From Squalus acanthias (Eukaryota), in the NCBI GenBank assembly GCA_030390025.1, contig CM059433.1:9736001-9800000 (forward strand): a DNA stretch of 64,000 nucleotides, written 5' to 3'. The notes beneath the pieces were generated by a model. The model was given only the letters and a program-made list of their open reading frames with translations, did not search any database and was not told the origin of the DNA. The position numbers and the translations under genes were made by a program. Position 1 is the stretch's first letter; every line of letters starts with the position of its first letter. Shown piece after piece: positions 50,473 through 62,371 of the stretch.

Positions 50473-50775
50473 AACCAACAACACTCAAGAAGCTCGACAC
50501 CATCCAGGACAAAGCAGCCCGCTTGATTGGTACCCCATCCATCACCTTAAACATTCACTCCCTCCACCACCGGCGTACCGTGGCTGCAGTGTGTACCATC
50601 TACAAGATGCACTGCAGCAACTCACCAAGGCTTCTTCGGCAGCACCTCCCAAACCCGTGACCTCTTCCACCTAGAAGGACAAGGGCAGCAGGTGCATGGG
50701 AACACCACCACCTCCAAGTTCCCCTCCAAGACACATGCCTTGCCAGCGACGCCCACATCCCATGAACGAATTTTA
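50473..50775 (+). mobile_element. CR1-group (Zenon/Crack-like) LINE 3' end, internally deleted
   Basis: Encodes TTLKKLDTIQDKAARLIG. Confidence 0.82.
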
Positions 50776-51669
50776 AAAAAAAGGAAATTCTGGCTTACGT
50801 ATTGCACTTAAGTGGATGGATTTAGTCGAAATAATCTTTGCATCTATGATTTCCAATCAGTGCTGATTGTTTTCCCAGCTTTAGTTTCTGGCGTAATAAA
50901 GTTCTGTCTACAATAAATTACTCATTATTGTCAGTTAGCCATCCTGTGTTACGGGTAAGTTGTTTAATAGCGCAGGGGGCTTTCATGCACGTAATGCGTT
51001 GAACACAAAGCCCGGGTTTCTCCATAATTATAATATTTCTTCCCAATCCCTTTTAAATGATCTCGATGTGCTTACATGCTGTTCAGCAAAGCTTTTATCT
51101 TTCTTCAAAGCCTGGCAGTGGCAGCATTTAAGATCGGTTCCCAGGAATCGGTAAACTCGTAGCAGCAACATAGTTTGAATACTGTTACCATGGTACGGTG
51201 GTTTCTGGCTAACCTTAACTTGTGGTCAAAACAGTCTTATTTTTTGTGAATGTGCCGTTCGTCAAGGTGATGGATGTTAGTGCCGGAGAATGGAACATTT
51301 TCCATTTTCAGCTCCTGAGCCTCAATTTTCCAGTCCGGAATGGCTAAAAACATGGGTGACGGTGACCACATGTGGTGTGTCCCAATTCCATCCAATTTTG
51401 CAACTTAGGCCTCGTGCAGGAAGTCAGCCTAATTGGGGCAGGTCGGGTGGGGGGTGGGGGTGGGGGGCGGAATGTAAAATTGAGCTTCAGGTAAAATTTA
51501 AAGGGACGCGTCAAGTCAAGTGATAGCATGGGGGCAAAAATTCTTCCGGCCTCTGGAAATGCGTAAAAGGCATTTCAATCTGTTTGCAGCTTTTGCCAAC
51601 GCTGAGGGGGGAAGAGCGGAAAGAAATGGCAGGCAAAACGTTAGGTACAAGGTAAACCAATGCAGAGCC

Positions 51670-51850
51670 ATGAAACTGAGTCTGCAGGCAAGTGACAGGG
51701 CAGCTCCACATCCGAGCCTTTGTTTGATGGCTGCGGAAGAGGCGTTGGTGCTGAGTGAGGCGGTTACAAGGAAGGCGGTCACGTTTTCCACTTCAGGCCA
51801 CCATCTCCATAGATCAGCATTACTGCATGCCTGGAAGAAGCTGGAGGGAG
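51670..51850 (+). pseudogene. Possible decayed Harbinger Myb/SANT gene start
   Basis: RAAP...AEEALVLSEAVTRKAVTF...AWKKL loosely parallels the Myb starts at 21327 and 54871. Confidence 0.35.
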
Positions 51851-51864
51851 ATCAGAAGCGGTAA

Positions 51865-52745
51865 CTAATCGTCACGCAGCGAGTTGTTATGATCTGGAAT
51901 TCACTGAAAGGGTGGTGGAAGCAGATTCAATCGTAACTTTCAGAAGGGAATTGGGTAAATACTTGAAAAGGAAAAGTTTGCAGGGCTATGGGGAAAGAGC
52001 AAGGGAGTGGGACTAATTGTATAGGGCTCGATTTTGTCATGGGGCGGGCTGGGGTCGTGTCATCCACTTTTCGTGTTAGCCACCCGACTCCAATTGGATG
52101 TGGGAGAATTATTCGATTTTCCCCTAATTGGGCAATTGAGTTCGAGCATGTGGGAACCCATGACCCAATTAGTGTTTTCAGTCTGAAAGTCGCCTCTGAT
52201 GATGTCATCATTGCTGCTGCATTTAAGGTCTGCAAAGACTGGGAAGCTTTTGGCCTTTGCTGTGAGAGGAGGAGGATCCAGAACAATGGTTATGACTGCT
52301 AAAAGTTCCCCCAGAATGATGATTGATCAAATCTCCTTGTTAATGGTAGACCTGCAACTGATAGTCAGCAATCCAAGTGTGCTTCCGTAGGTTTCACCGT
52401 CGTGTTTCAGAGGAGGCGTGCATCACGTCAGAAAAGTGTTAAAATCAGAAAGGCCTCTCAAAATGGGATTATAGAGGCAATTAAGTGGTTGTTAAGGGCC
52501 TTAAGGGCCTATCCCGCCTCTTGGAGGCGGGACGGAGACGGGATCAGAAACCACGCATTTGGGAAAATTGCTCGGAGGCGGGGTCGGGCCCGCCCGCCAT
52601 TTTTTGCAATTTAACACCTCACACGCCTCCATTCCCGCCTCCTCGGGCCTGGCAAAATCAAGCCATATATCTCTTGCAAAGAGCCGGCACAGACACGATG
52701 GACCGAATGGCCTCTTTCTGTACTGTATGATTCTATGATTATATG
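51865..52745 (+). mobile_element. CR1 3' end split by a MITE
   Basis: Encodes TQRVVMIWNSL; the 3' UTR resumes at 52668 and ends in a tatgattc tail. Confidence 0.8.
52024..52664. mobile_element. Harbinger MITE related to the ends of the 54587 element
   Basis: GGGCTCGATTTTG / CAAAATCAAGCC termini, TSD ATA; subterminal blocks shared with 54730-54775 and 56900-56950. Confidence 0.85.
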
Positions 52746-53206
52746 ATACTATTATTGACCGTGCCAGCCCTTGGGTGCAATGTTAACTGTAGATGTCCTT
52801 ACAACAGATGGCATAGTTCTGCATCCGGCTCACGGCTGACCCAGAACCTGTGAAACCAGTTCTCCATGGCTGTTGCCAGATAGGTGTGCCAGAGCCTGCA
52901 GATATGGTTGATGCCATGGTGGCGTGTGTAGCCAATCAAGCTGTGCTGGCTATTGGTCACGCTGGCATGCCTCATCTCATCCAGCATGAAATACTGTGAG
53001 TGGGGTGCTTCCGAAGTGCCATCCAGCAGGAAGATTAGCTAGGCCTCACATATCACAATCATGCCATCGGGTCTGCTGTCACAACAAGCAACATAATTGC
53101 CAGCCGCTTCTGAGCGAGAGGCCACTGCTTTCGGCTCTTGTTCGTGAGATGCACACAGTGCTCCGAATATCCGAGAATTTTCGCACTTTAAACATCGACC
53201 GCAGTA

Positions 53207-54586
53207 CTGAAGGTGGCGGGACATATTGAGAGAGTGGTTAGCAAAGCATATGGGATCTTGGGCTTCATTAGTAGAGGTATTGAGTACAAAAGTAGAGAAG
53301 TTATGCTGAACCTTTATAAAGCGCTGGTTAGGCCACAACTGGAGTATTGCGTCCAGTTCTGGTCACCACACTTTAGGAGGGATGTGAAGGCCCTTGAGAG
53401 GGTGCAGAGGAGATTTGCCAGAATCCCCAGTTCAGGGATGAGGGATCTTAGCTGCAAGGACAGGTTGGAGAAGCTGGATTTGTTTTCATTAGAGCAAAGG
53501 AGGATGAGGGGTAATTTGATAGAGGTGTACAAGATTATGACGGGTTTGGATAGGCTAGACGGGGAAAGGCTTTTCCCACTAGTTGATGGTACAAGGACTA
53601 GGGGACACAGATTTAAGGTTTTGGGCAAGAGATACAGGGGGGATGTGAGGAAAAACTTTTTTATGCAGTGAGTGGTGATGACCTGGAATTCGCTGCCGAC
53701 GGAAGTGGTGGAAGCGGAGACAGGCCATCGGAAATGCTGGTTTTAGGCGGGCGAATTCCAGCATGCGCTGAAAACCGGCATTTCCGATCTGTCAAGAATG
53801 CTCTTGACAGATCAGACGCCTGCCCTGGAGAAGGGCCTCTGCGGGCGGATAGTTCCGCTTTTTGGAGAAACTCCGTCCGCAGAAAACCCTTAGAATTCTT
53901 ACGCCTGGTAAAAGCAGCGTATGGCCTGCTTTTACCAGGATAAGAGTTGAAAAAAAGTTTTTTAAAAAATTCACTCATTTATCATTTAAAAATACTTTAA
54001 AAAATGGTAAGTTTATTTTTAGCCCCATTAAAAAACGTTAATTATTTTTTTCAAAAAATTAAATTTTTGTTTTAAGTATTTAATTTATTGTAATTTCAAC
54101 TAATTTTAAAAAGGTGATGATGTTTTTTTAAAATTTATTTAAAGTTTTACTATGTTTTTTCATTGATCTCCATTCATATATTTGACAGGTCTATCTGTCA
54201 AGTGTATGAAGGGAGATTCCTTTCTTTGATTGGCTCCCCATGGCCCATGTGAGCCCAGGGACACCTGCGCTTCTGGGATACGTGGGCCCTGCGCACTAGG
54301 AGTTGGAGAGGCCCAGCATCGGAACTATATGCACCTCGGGAGCCCTCAGGTAAATGCGTACATTTTTTCCAGATCGGAGACCTCCGCACACGGGAAGCCT
54401 CCGATCGGAAAACACGGCCCAATGTTTTCAAGGGGAGACTGGATAGGCACTTGAGGGAAATAAACTTGCAGGGCTACGGGGATAGAGCGGGGGAATGGGA
54501 CTGACTGAATTGCTCTACAGAGAGCCGGCATGGTCTCGATGGGCCAAATGGCCTCCTTCTGTGCCGATATGACTCTATGACTCTAT
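53207..54586 (+). mobile_element. CR1 LINE (same subfamily as 671 and 39295) containing a MITE
   Basis: ORF 53213..53671; (TATGACTC)n tail that continues at 57974. Confidence 0.9.
53723..54420. mobile_element. Harbinger MITE related to 39859-40621, left end deleted
   Basis: Shares the AT-rich core ggtaagtttatttttagcccc and tttgacaggtct..tgtcaa; ends GGCCC. Confidence 0.82.
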
Positions 54587-54870
54587 GGGGGCAATTTTCT
54601 CACTGGAGGCGGGTTGGATGCGGGTTTCGGTTTGGGTGGGTTCGAAACACACCTCCTCTGATAGGTTTGAAAAAATTGCGATTTTCCCCTGATTGGCCAG
54701 TTGATTTCAGAGGTGTGGGTTGCCCTTCGTCAATTAGTGTTTTAGGACTGAAACTCGCCTCTGCTGACATCACTTTACCAGTCTCATTTAAAGGCTGCTT
54801 GCTGCCTTGGATCATTCCACTGGATTTCTGCCTATGCTGCACCACCTGCAACATATTTTGAGAAACCACT

Positions 54871-55052
54871 ATGTCCAATTCCAAGGCAAGGGCCTCCCCG
54901 AAGTTCTCGGATGAGGCGCTGCAAATGTTGGTTGAGGGGGTGAGAGATAGCAGGGAGGTGCTCTTCCACTCATCTGGGAGGACGAGGCCTCCCAAAGAAA
55001 CCAAGGCTGTGTGGGTCCAGCTGGGAAGGGATATAACCTCCAGATCTGTGTG
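54871..55052 (+). pseudogene. Harbinger Myb/SANT gene 5' remnant
   Basis: MSNSKARASPKFSDEALQMLVEGVRDSREVLF...VWVQLGRDITSRS, after which homology stops. Confidence 0.8.
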
Positions 55053-55297
55053 CAGATTGGATGAATGTTTATGTGTATTGATGAAATGCCATCCCTGTTG
55101 GAAAGCATTAAAATGATTTGATGGCAAAATGTTGGCGTCATGGCATCTGTTCTTTCGCCTTAGGCAGCTCCACATTGCGGGCTCCGCCACACTTGCGTTG
55201 TCAGGTTGATGGCCAGAGTGAAAGGAGGCCAGAGAGTCATGTCCATTGTCTATGATGTCTTAAGATGGAGCCAAGGACATGTGCCAACTTCAGCAAC

Positions 55298-56601
55298 CTA
55301 TGCAAATCTGGCCAGGATAAGTTCATCCCTTGCATCACGGGCAGCCATTTGCTCGCGTGCTGCCGCTGCCGCTGGTCGATACACCGGCACTCTGACCTCC
55401 TCCTGCTCCTCCTCTTCCTCCTCCTGCTACTCCTCCTCCTCCTCCAGATCCTCCTTCTCCTCCTCAGCCTCCTCCTCCTCCTCCTCATCCTCATCCTCAT
55501 CTGAGGAGGCCTGGAACTGAGCCACTTGCTCATCAGGAAGCTGCAAGCCATGACGCTGTGCGATGTTGTGCAGTGCACAGCAGACCATGACCATTCTGGA
55601 GACCCTATATGGTGTATACTGCAGGGCTCCACCTGATCGGTCAAGGCATCGGAAGCGCATCTTCAACAACCCAATGGTTTGCTCGATGATGGACCTGGTC
55701 GAAGTGTGGCTGGTGTTGTAGCGCTCTTCAGCCTCGTTAGCTGGCCTCCTGATCAGCGTCATTAGCCACTTCTTCAGGGGGTAGCCTTTGTCACCAAGGA
55801 GCCATCCGTTCAGTTGGTTTGGTGGATTGAAAAGCGGAGGAACACTAGAGTGCCGCAGGATGAAAGAGTCATGGCAACTTCCACAGAACTTGGCGCAAAC
55901 ATGCAAGAACTTCTTCTTGTGGCTACACACCAGCTGTACGTTGAGGAGTGGAAGCCCTTTTGGTTGACAAAAATAGCTGGGTTGTGATGGGGTGCCCTAA
56001 GGGCTACATGTATGCAGTCTATGATGCTCTGCACCATTGGCATGCCTGCCATATTTGCAAAGCCAACCGAACGCGCGGTTATACTTGCTTGATCCCTTGA
56101 GAAGTGGATGTAATTGTGGGCCTTAGTGAAAAGGGCATCGGTAACCTGCATGATGCAACTGTGGGCGGCCGACTGGGAGATGCCGCTGATGTCTGCTGAT
56201 GATCCCTGGAAGGAGCCTGAGGCAAAGAAGTTGAGTGCGGTGGTGACTTTGACAGCCACTGGTAAGGGGTGTCCACCCGTTCCTCTGGGCACCAGGTCTT
56301 GCTGCAGCAGTCCGCAGATCTCTCGGACAACCTCTTGTGAAAGTCTCAGCCTCCTTTGGCACTGCTGCTCACTCATGTTGAGGTAGCTCATCCTCTGCCT
56401 GTAAACCCTGTGTTGGGGGGTATCTCCTGCGGGAGGTGCCTCGATGCGCTGGCGCATTCTGCCCTGTGCAGCATCAGGTGGGTGAGCAGGAGGCTGGGGC
56501 TCCTGCTGCTGTTGCTGCTGAGCTGCCTGGTTCTGCTGCTGCCGTGGCTGCTCCTCACCCGAATCTGAGGTCCATGGTGAAAGGAAATAAGTGGTTCCCA
56601 T
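55298..56601 (-). pseudogene. Harbinger (HARBI1-like) DDE transposase, disrupted
   Basis: [47 protein letters not shown] and CCALHN; frameshift near 55945 and a stop at 55427 in the acidic tract. Confidence 0.92.
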
Positions 56602-57128
56602 GCTGCTGGCAGATACCTCCATTGGGGAAGCGCTCAGTCCAAGCGGGGAGAGGGTCTTCCAAGGATGTCCCACAGTGGATAGATACAAGCTGCAGCACCT
56701 CCGACTTCGGTAGGCCTGCTAAAAGTGCTCAAAGACCTTTTAAAGCAAAGTTTTGCCACCTGCAACTAATCCCTGATGAAAGCTCTGTTTTAATGGTGGA
56801 GCAGCAGCTGTGAGGAGGCCACCCACTTGTCAACCCGCCAGGATTAGCTGGCGTGGTTTAGGAGGGTCGTGGAACACGCTGAAATGGTCGAAAAATAACG
56901 AGGGCCTCTCAAAATAGGATTAGAGAGGCCCTTAATGAGCATTTAAGCCTCTTAACAACCTCTCTGGCCAGCTGGAGGCGGGACCGTTTCCCGCCCTGCA
57001 AAACCGGCACCGGCAAAATCGCGCGGAGGCGGGTTCCGAACCCGCACTCATTTTTTCCGATTTTCCCACCTTTTCTGCCTCCAAACCTGCCTCCTCGGGG
57101 CCGAGAAAATCGCCCCCATGGAATCTAT

Positions 57129-57973
57129 GGGCTGGATTTTGTGAATGGAGACATGCTGGAGGCGGGACTGCTGCTTGTCAGGTCTCAGTCCCGCCTCCAT
57201 CATGTTCTGACCAGCCAGAGGGATTTTCCCCTGATTGACCTTGTTAAGCCCGCCCTGCGGGCTCAGCAGGCCAATTAGGGGGAAGTCATTGACAGAGCAC
57301 GTCAATGTCTGATGTGCCATCTGTCAAGACTTCATGAAAGAAGAAATGTCAGCGTTTGACAGCTCTGTGAAGCTGTCAAACACTGACATTCTGTGTAGTT
57401 TGATGAACCCTTGTGTTCAGGACTCATCAAACCTTTCAACTTTGTAGAAAGCAGATGACTGTTGGTTCGGAGGATCCAACAGCCAGTCTGTGAAATCTAC
57501 AATGAAGATGTTGGGACTCCGGAACCACCGCAGCTGAAGGCTGTAGGCAGAAACTAAGGTAAGAGAACATTTTCTAACACTTAACACTCACCTCACATAC
57601 TTACCACTCCACACTTGCACCCATCACTCACCTCTACATCTCACTTTCAGGCTTCTCCGACCCCCGCAGACCTCCTACTCGACTCTTCCAACCCAGCGGG
57701 GTTCTCCGAGGTCGGGAAGCCTGCACCTTGGAAGGTAAAATGGAACTAATCCTTTTTTCTGCCTGTTGACTACCTGTTAACAGGCAGTTAAAAGGATTTA
57801 ATCCCTTTCCTGCCTCGAGGAGACGGGACCCAAAGCAGGACATGTTCCCGCCTCCTGGCAAAAGGGCACGGAAGCAGGATGGGGGTGGGTTTGCCATCCG
57901 CCCCCACTTTCTGCAACTTTACCGGCAGTCCCGCCTCCATGCCCGCCTCCTCGGGGCTGACAAAATCCAGCCC
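57129..57973. mobile_element. Harbinger MITE in the CR1 tail
   Basis: Perfect 13-bp TIR GGGCTGGATTTTG, TSD TAT. Confidence 0.9.
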
Positions 57974-58974
57974 TATGACTCTATGATTTTCTGAGTTACC
58001 TCTTCTGCAGATGTGCTGAAACTTTATGCAGGTACAGAAGCGAGAAAACGCATTGCATTGTGGGGACGAGCGTGGATCTATGTGCAAGTGGGGAAAGGCA
58101 ATGTTAGCAGGTGTACTACTACAGATTGCCAAAATGAGGAGCTTGGCTTCAGCAATGAGCTTTTTTAGGTGATGCTAATGATAAAGACGTCACAACTCAC
58201 TCACAACACTGCACCAGCAAGATCATTGCTCTTGGCTTTGGTCGTGCAGACGACTAATTGCCAATCCCAATTTAATCCTGTGACTAGAATTCATGAACTT
58301 CTGGTTAGGAATTAAGTACTTAAGTGTTTGAGTTTCCTTATAACCCACTTGGGAGGTGAGGGGCACCACACTCTGCCTTAGAGTGCTGGGAAACAGAGGG
58401 ATGCATCACTGCCGCGAAGCTGTATTAGCATCCCCCACACACCAGATTACTAGGGGTCCAATGGAGAGGGGGAGTTACTTAATATTGCACTTTATTTTAT
58501 TTTTTCTGGGTAACACTGGAGTGACAGTATTTAATACCCATCCCTAAGGCATTAAGAGTCAACTGCATGGTATAGAAGTAGAGTCACACATAGACCAGAC
58601 TGCTCAGAAGTGGTCGGATCCCCTCCCTGAAGGATATTAGTGAACCAGTTGTTGTTTTTTGCAACAATCCAGCGGCATTTTCTGGTGCTAGTCCACAAAT
58701 TGCCAAGTATTTGAATTCAATTTCATAGCTTGCCATGACGGGATTTGAATTCACAACTTCTGGGTTGCCAGTCCAGTATCATGTTCACTACGACTCTGAT
58801 CCTCACTAGTTGAAAGTAAAGGAATTTCACAAGGTGGATGGAGCATCTTTTCCACAAAACATGGACTCCATCATCTTGAAACTTCTCTATATCACTCGAT
58901 GTACAAAGTAAGACCCCTTTATTATCAATAGCATCTTACAATAATTATGCATTGGACTCAATGTACAAAGTACG

Positions 58975-59920
58975 CTTCGTCAGTGACCTTCCCTCCTTCA
59001 TAAGGTCAGAACTGAAGATGTTCGCTGATGACTGCACAGTGTTCAGTGCCATTCACAACTCCTCAGATAATGAAGCAGTCCATGCCCGCATGCAGCATTA
59101 CATGGACGACATTCAGGCTTGGGCTGATAAGTGGCAGGTAACATTCGCGCCACACAACTGCCAGGCAATGACTATCTCCAACAAGCGAGAGTCTAACCAC
59201 CGCCCCTTGACATTCAACGGCATTACCATCACCGAATCCCCCACCATCAATATCCTGGGGGTCACCATTGACCAGAAACTTAACTGGACCAGCCACATAA
59301 ATACCGTGGCAACAAGAGCGGGTCAGAGGTTGAGTATTCTGCGGTGAGTGTCTCACCTCCTGACTCCCCAAAGCCTTTCCACCATCTACAAGGCACAAGT
59401 AAGGAGTGTGATGGAATACTCTCCACTTACCTGGATGAGTGCAGCTTTAACAACACTCAAGAAGCTTGACACCACCCAGGACAAAGCAGCCCGCTTGATT
59501 GGCACCCCATCCACCACCTTAAACATTCACTCCCTCCAGCACCGGCGTACCATGGCTGCAGTGTGTACCATCTACAAGATGCACTGCAGCAACTCGCCAA
59601 GGCCTCTTCAACAGCACCTCCCAAACCCACGACCTCTACCACCTAGAAGGACAAGGGCAGCAGGCGCATGGGAACACCATCACGTGCAAGTTCCCCTCCA
59701 AGTCACACATCATCCTGACTTGGAAATATATCGGCCGTTCCTTCATCGTCGCTGGGTCAAAATCCTGGAACTCCCTCCCTAACAGCACTGTGGGAGTACC
59801 TTCACCACACGGACTGCTGCGGTTCAAGAAGGCGGCTCACCACCACCTTCTCAAGGGCAATTAGGGATGGGCAATAAATGCTGCCCCTGCCAGTGATGCC
59901 CACATTCCATGAACAAATAA
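58975..59920 (+). mobile_element. CR1-group (Zenon/Crack-like) LINE, RT C-terminal half and 3' UTR
   Basis: Encodes MFADDCTV, WADKWQVTFAP, LGVTIDQKLNW and IYKAQVRSVMEYSP; one in-frame stop. Confidence 0.9.
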
Positions 59921-60281
59921 AAAAGAATGTATGTAAAAAAAAATTCTAAACCTGTTGAACACTCAGAGAAAGTCTCGTTGCTGATGGGCAGTCCAATATC
60001 TTTAGTGCGAGAGTGTGGACTTCTATGTTCAACCTAGAGAAGGCAGTTGGTATGTTATGATGGATATTTAAGCCCTGCTTAGATTACAAATGGAATGTCT
60101 GAATTGCAGTAATGTAAAATGAGGAAAGCTGGAAAGAGAGCTTCAACTCGAGGCAGCCTCTGGTTCCCAGGACGATGGGTAGGAACTGAAAGGCAGTGTA
60201 CAATCTGAGCATGTTGCTATAACAAATGTATCGTTTCCATCAATCCTGTGAATAAATTTAATGAAAACGTTTTTCATCAGC

Positions 60282-60805
60282 AAGATAAGAACATAAGAAC
60301 ATAAGAAATAGGAGCAGGAGTCGGCCATTTGGCCCCTCGAGTCTGCTCCGCCATTCAATAAGATCATGGCTGATCTTCTACCTCAACCCCACTTTCCTGA
60401 ACTATCGCCATATCACTTGGTTCCCTTAATATTCAAAAATCTATCGATCTCTGCCTTGAATATACTCAACGACGGAGCCTCCACAGCCCTCTGGGGTAGA
60501 GAATTCCAAAGATTCACCACCCTCTGAGTGAAGACATTTCTCCTCACCTCAGTCCTAAATGGCCGACCCCTTATTCTGAGACTGTGACCCCTGGTTCTAG
60601 ACTCTCCAGCCAGGGGGAACATCCTCCCTGCATCTACCCTGTCAAGCCCTGTAAGAATGTTGTACGTTTCAATGAGATCACCTCTCATTCTTCTAAACTC
60701 TAGAGAATATAGGCCTAGTCTACTCAATCTCTCCTCATAGGACAATCCCCCCATTCCAGGAATCAGTCTGGTGAACCTTCGTTGCACTCCCTCTATGGCA
60801 AGTCT
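60282..60805 (-). mobile_element. CR1 3' portion
   Basis: ORF 60413..60865; (AAGAACAT)n tail. Confidence 0.9.
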
Positions 60806-60814
60806 ATCATTCCT

Positions 60815-60991
60815 TGATGCGGAGATGCCGGTGTTGGACTGGGGTGGACAAAAGTGAGAAGTCACACAACACCAGGTTATAGTCCAACAGTTTTATTTGA
60901 AATCACAAGCTTTCGGAGCGGCTGCCCCTTCGTCAGGTGAAGTGAAGGAATATGAATCGGCAAAGCATATATAGACAGAGAACAATGCCTG
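60815..60991 (-). mobile_element. Penelope pLTR (subfamily A2)
   Basis: Matches the left arm of 28450. Confidence 0.85.
60903..60940 (-). ncRNA. Minimal type-I hammerhead motif (subfamily A2)
   Basis: TCAC-CTGACGA-A-GGGGC(AGCC)GCTCC-GAA-AGCT-T-GTGA. Confidence 0.72.
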
Positions 60992-61261
60992 TGCAGCGTA
61001 CAATGTCAGACGACTACATTTAATCCTCCTGACTGCCTTTCGTCACACCTCGGCAGAGAAACAATCAGGTCAGCCAGGAAGGCACCACATCAAAGACATA
61101 GCAAGATACAACTGAGACAATGAGGTGGGGTCACAGGGGGTCTAATGTGTCAAATGCTGCAGTCTGTATGGAAAACCATAAACTTTAAAATTTTTACTTT
61201 TTTTTACTGGAAATCACATCTGTGAACAAGCCAACGATGACTCGAGTCTGGATGACTCTAC

Positions 61262-61864
61262 GTCATGTAACGTGACATGAACCCAAGATCCCGGTTGAGG
61301 CCGTCCTCATGAGTGCGGAACTTGGCTATCAGTTTCTGCTCGATGATTTTGCGTTGTCGTGTGTCTCAAAGGCCGCCTTGGAGAACGCTTACCCGCAGAT
61401 CCGAGGCTGAATGTCCTTGACTGCTGAAGTGTTCCCCGACTGGGAGGTAACAATCCTGCCTGGTGATTGTTGCGCGGTGTCCGTTCATACGTTGTCTCAG
61501 TGTCTGCATGGTCTCGCCGATGTACCATGCTCTGGTGCATCCTTTCCTGCAACGTATGAGGTATACAACGTTGGCCGAGTCACATGAGTATGTACCATGT
61601 ACCTGGTGGGTAATGTCCTCACGTGTGATGATGGTATCTGTGTTGATGATCTGGCATGTCTTGCAGAGGTTGCCGTGGCAGGGTTGTGTGGTGTCGTGGT
61701 CGCTGTTATCCTGAAAGCTGGGTAATTTGCTGCGAATGATGGTACTTCTGAGGTTAGGCGGCTGTTTGAAGGCGAGTAGTGGAGGCGTGGGGATGGCCTT
61801 AGCGAGGTGTTCGTCGTCATCGATGACATGTTGAAGGCTGCGAAGAACATGGCGTAGTTTCTCT
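61262..61864 (-). pseudogene. Penelope-like element ORF C-terminus with GIY-YIG endonuclease
   Basis: Encodes LAFKQPPNL, PCHGNLCKTC, SCDSANVVYLIRC..C...WYIGETMQTLRQRMNGH, VGEHFS and DGLNRDLG; one in-frame stop. Confidence 0.92.
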
Positions 61865-62083
61865 TTATTAATTACCCTTTATCTCTTTTTAATATACACC
61901 CATGCAATATGATATTATAGTTTTTAATAGGCTCTTAGTATTAATGCCAAAATATTTCTTTGAACAGCTTCGTTGGAAGGCATGTGAATTTGGAATCATT
62001 TGCTGACTAGTTTCAATGAATTTTTCAGTCACTGTCTAAATCTTTCTTCTTACAAATAAATCAACCATATAATCTGTTACAAT

Positions 62084-62330
62084 GGCCCGGATTTTGTGGT
62101 GAGCGGCGAAGGAAGTGTGTTCGTCGTTCACTTCGAAAAAAGCTGCCCACATAATTTTAGTGGGCTCTTGAGCGTAGATTTCCTCTTTTCCAGACGTCAG
62201 TTTGAATTTGGCGCCTTCTACATGGGGATCTGCGGCATCCAACAACAGGGCAGGCAGCAGGGAGGCTGATCAACCAGTCAGATTGAAGAATCCTCACAGA
62301 TGGCAAAACAGGAAGTAAAAAGCAGGAAAT
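62084..62330. mobile_element. Partial Harbinger-type MITE
   Basis: AAT followed by a GGCCCGGATTTT left end resembling 35771. Confidence 0.5.
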
Positions 62331-62371
62331 ATAAAATACCTTGGGGGTACAGTTAATACTAAGGAAGACGT

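Larger units (their letters stand above)
54587..57117. mobile_element. PIF/Harbinger transposon with both TIRs, near-complete transposase and truncated Myb gene
   Basis: 15-bp TIR GGGGGCAATTTTCTC / GAGAAAATCGCCCCC (one mismatch). Confidence 0.92.

Noticed and set aside
55298..56601. Domesticated host HARBI1 gene
   Set aside because: It lies inside TIRs with a Myb partner and has a frameshift and a stop, so it is a transposon copy.
58010..58170. Open frame after a ttctgcag acceptor
   Set aside because: No homology recognisable and no upstream exons found.
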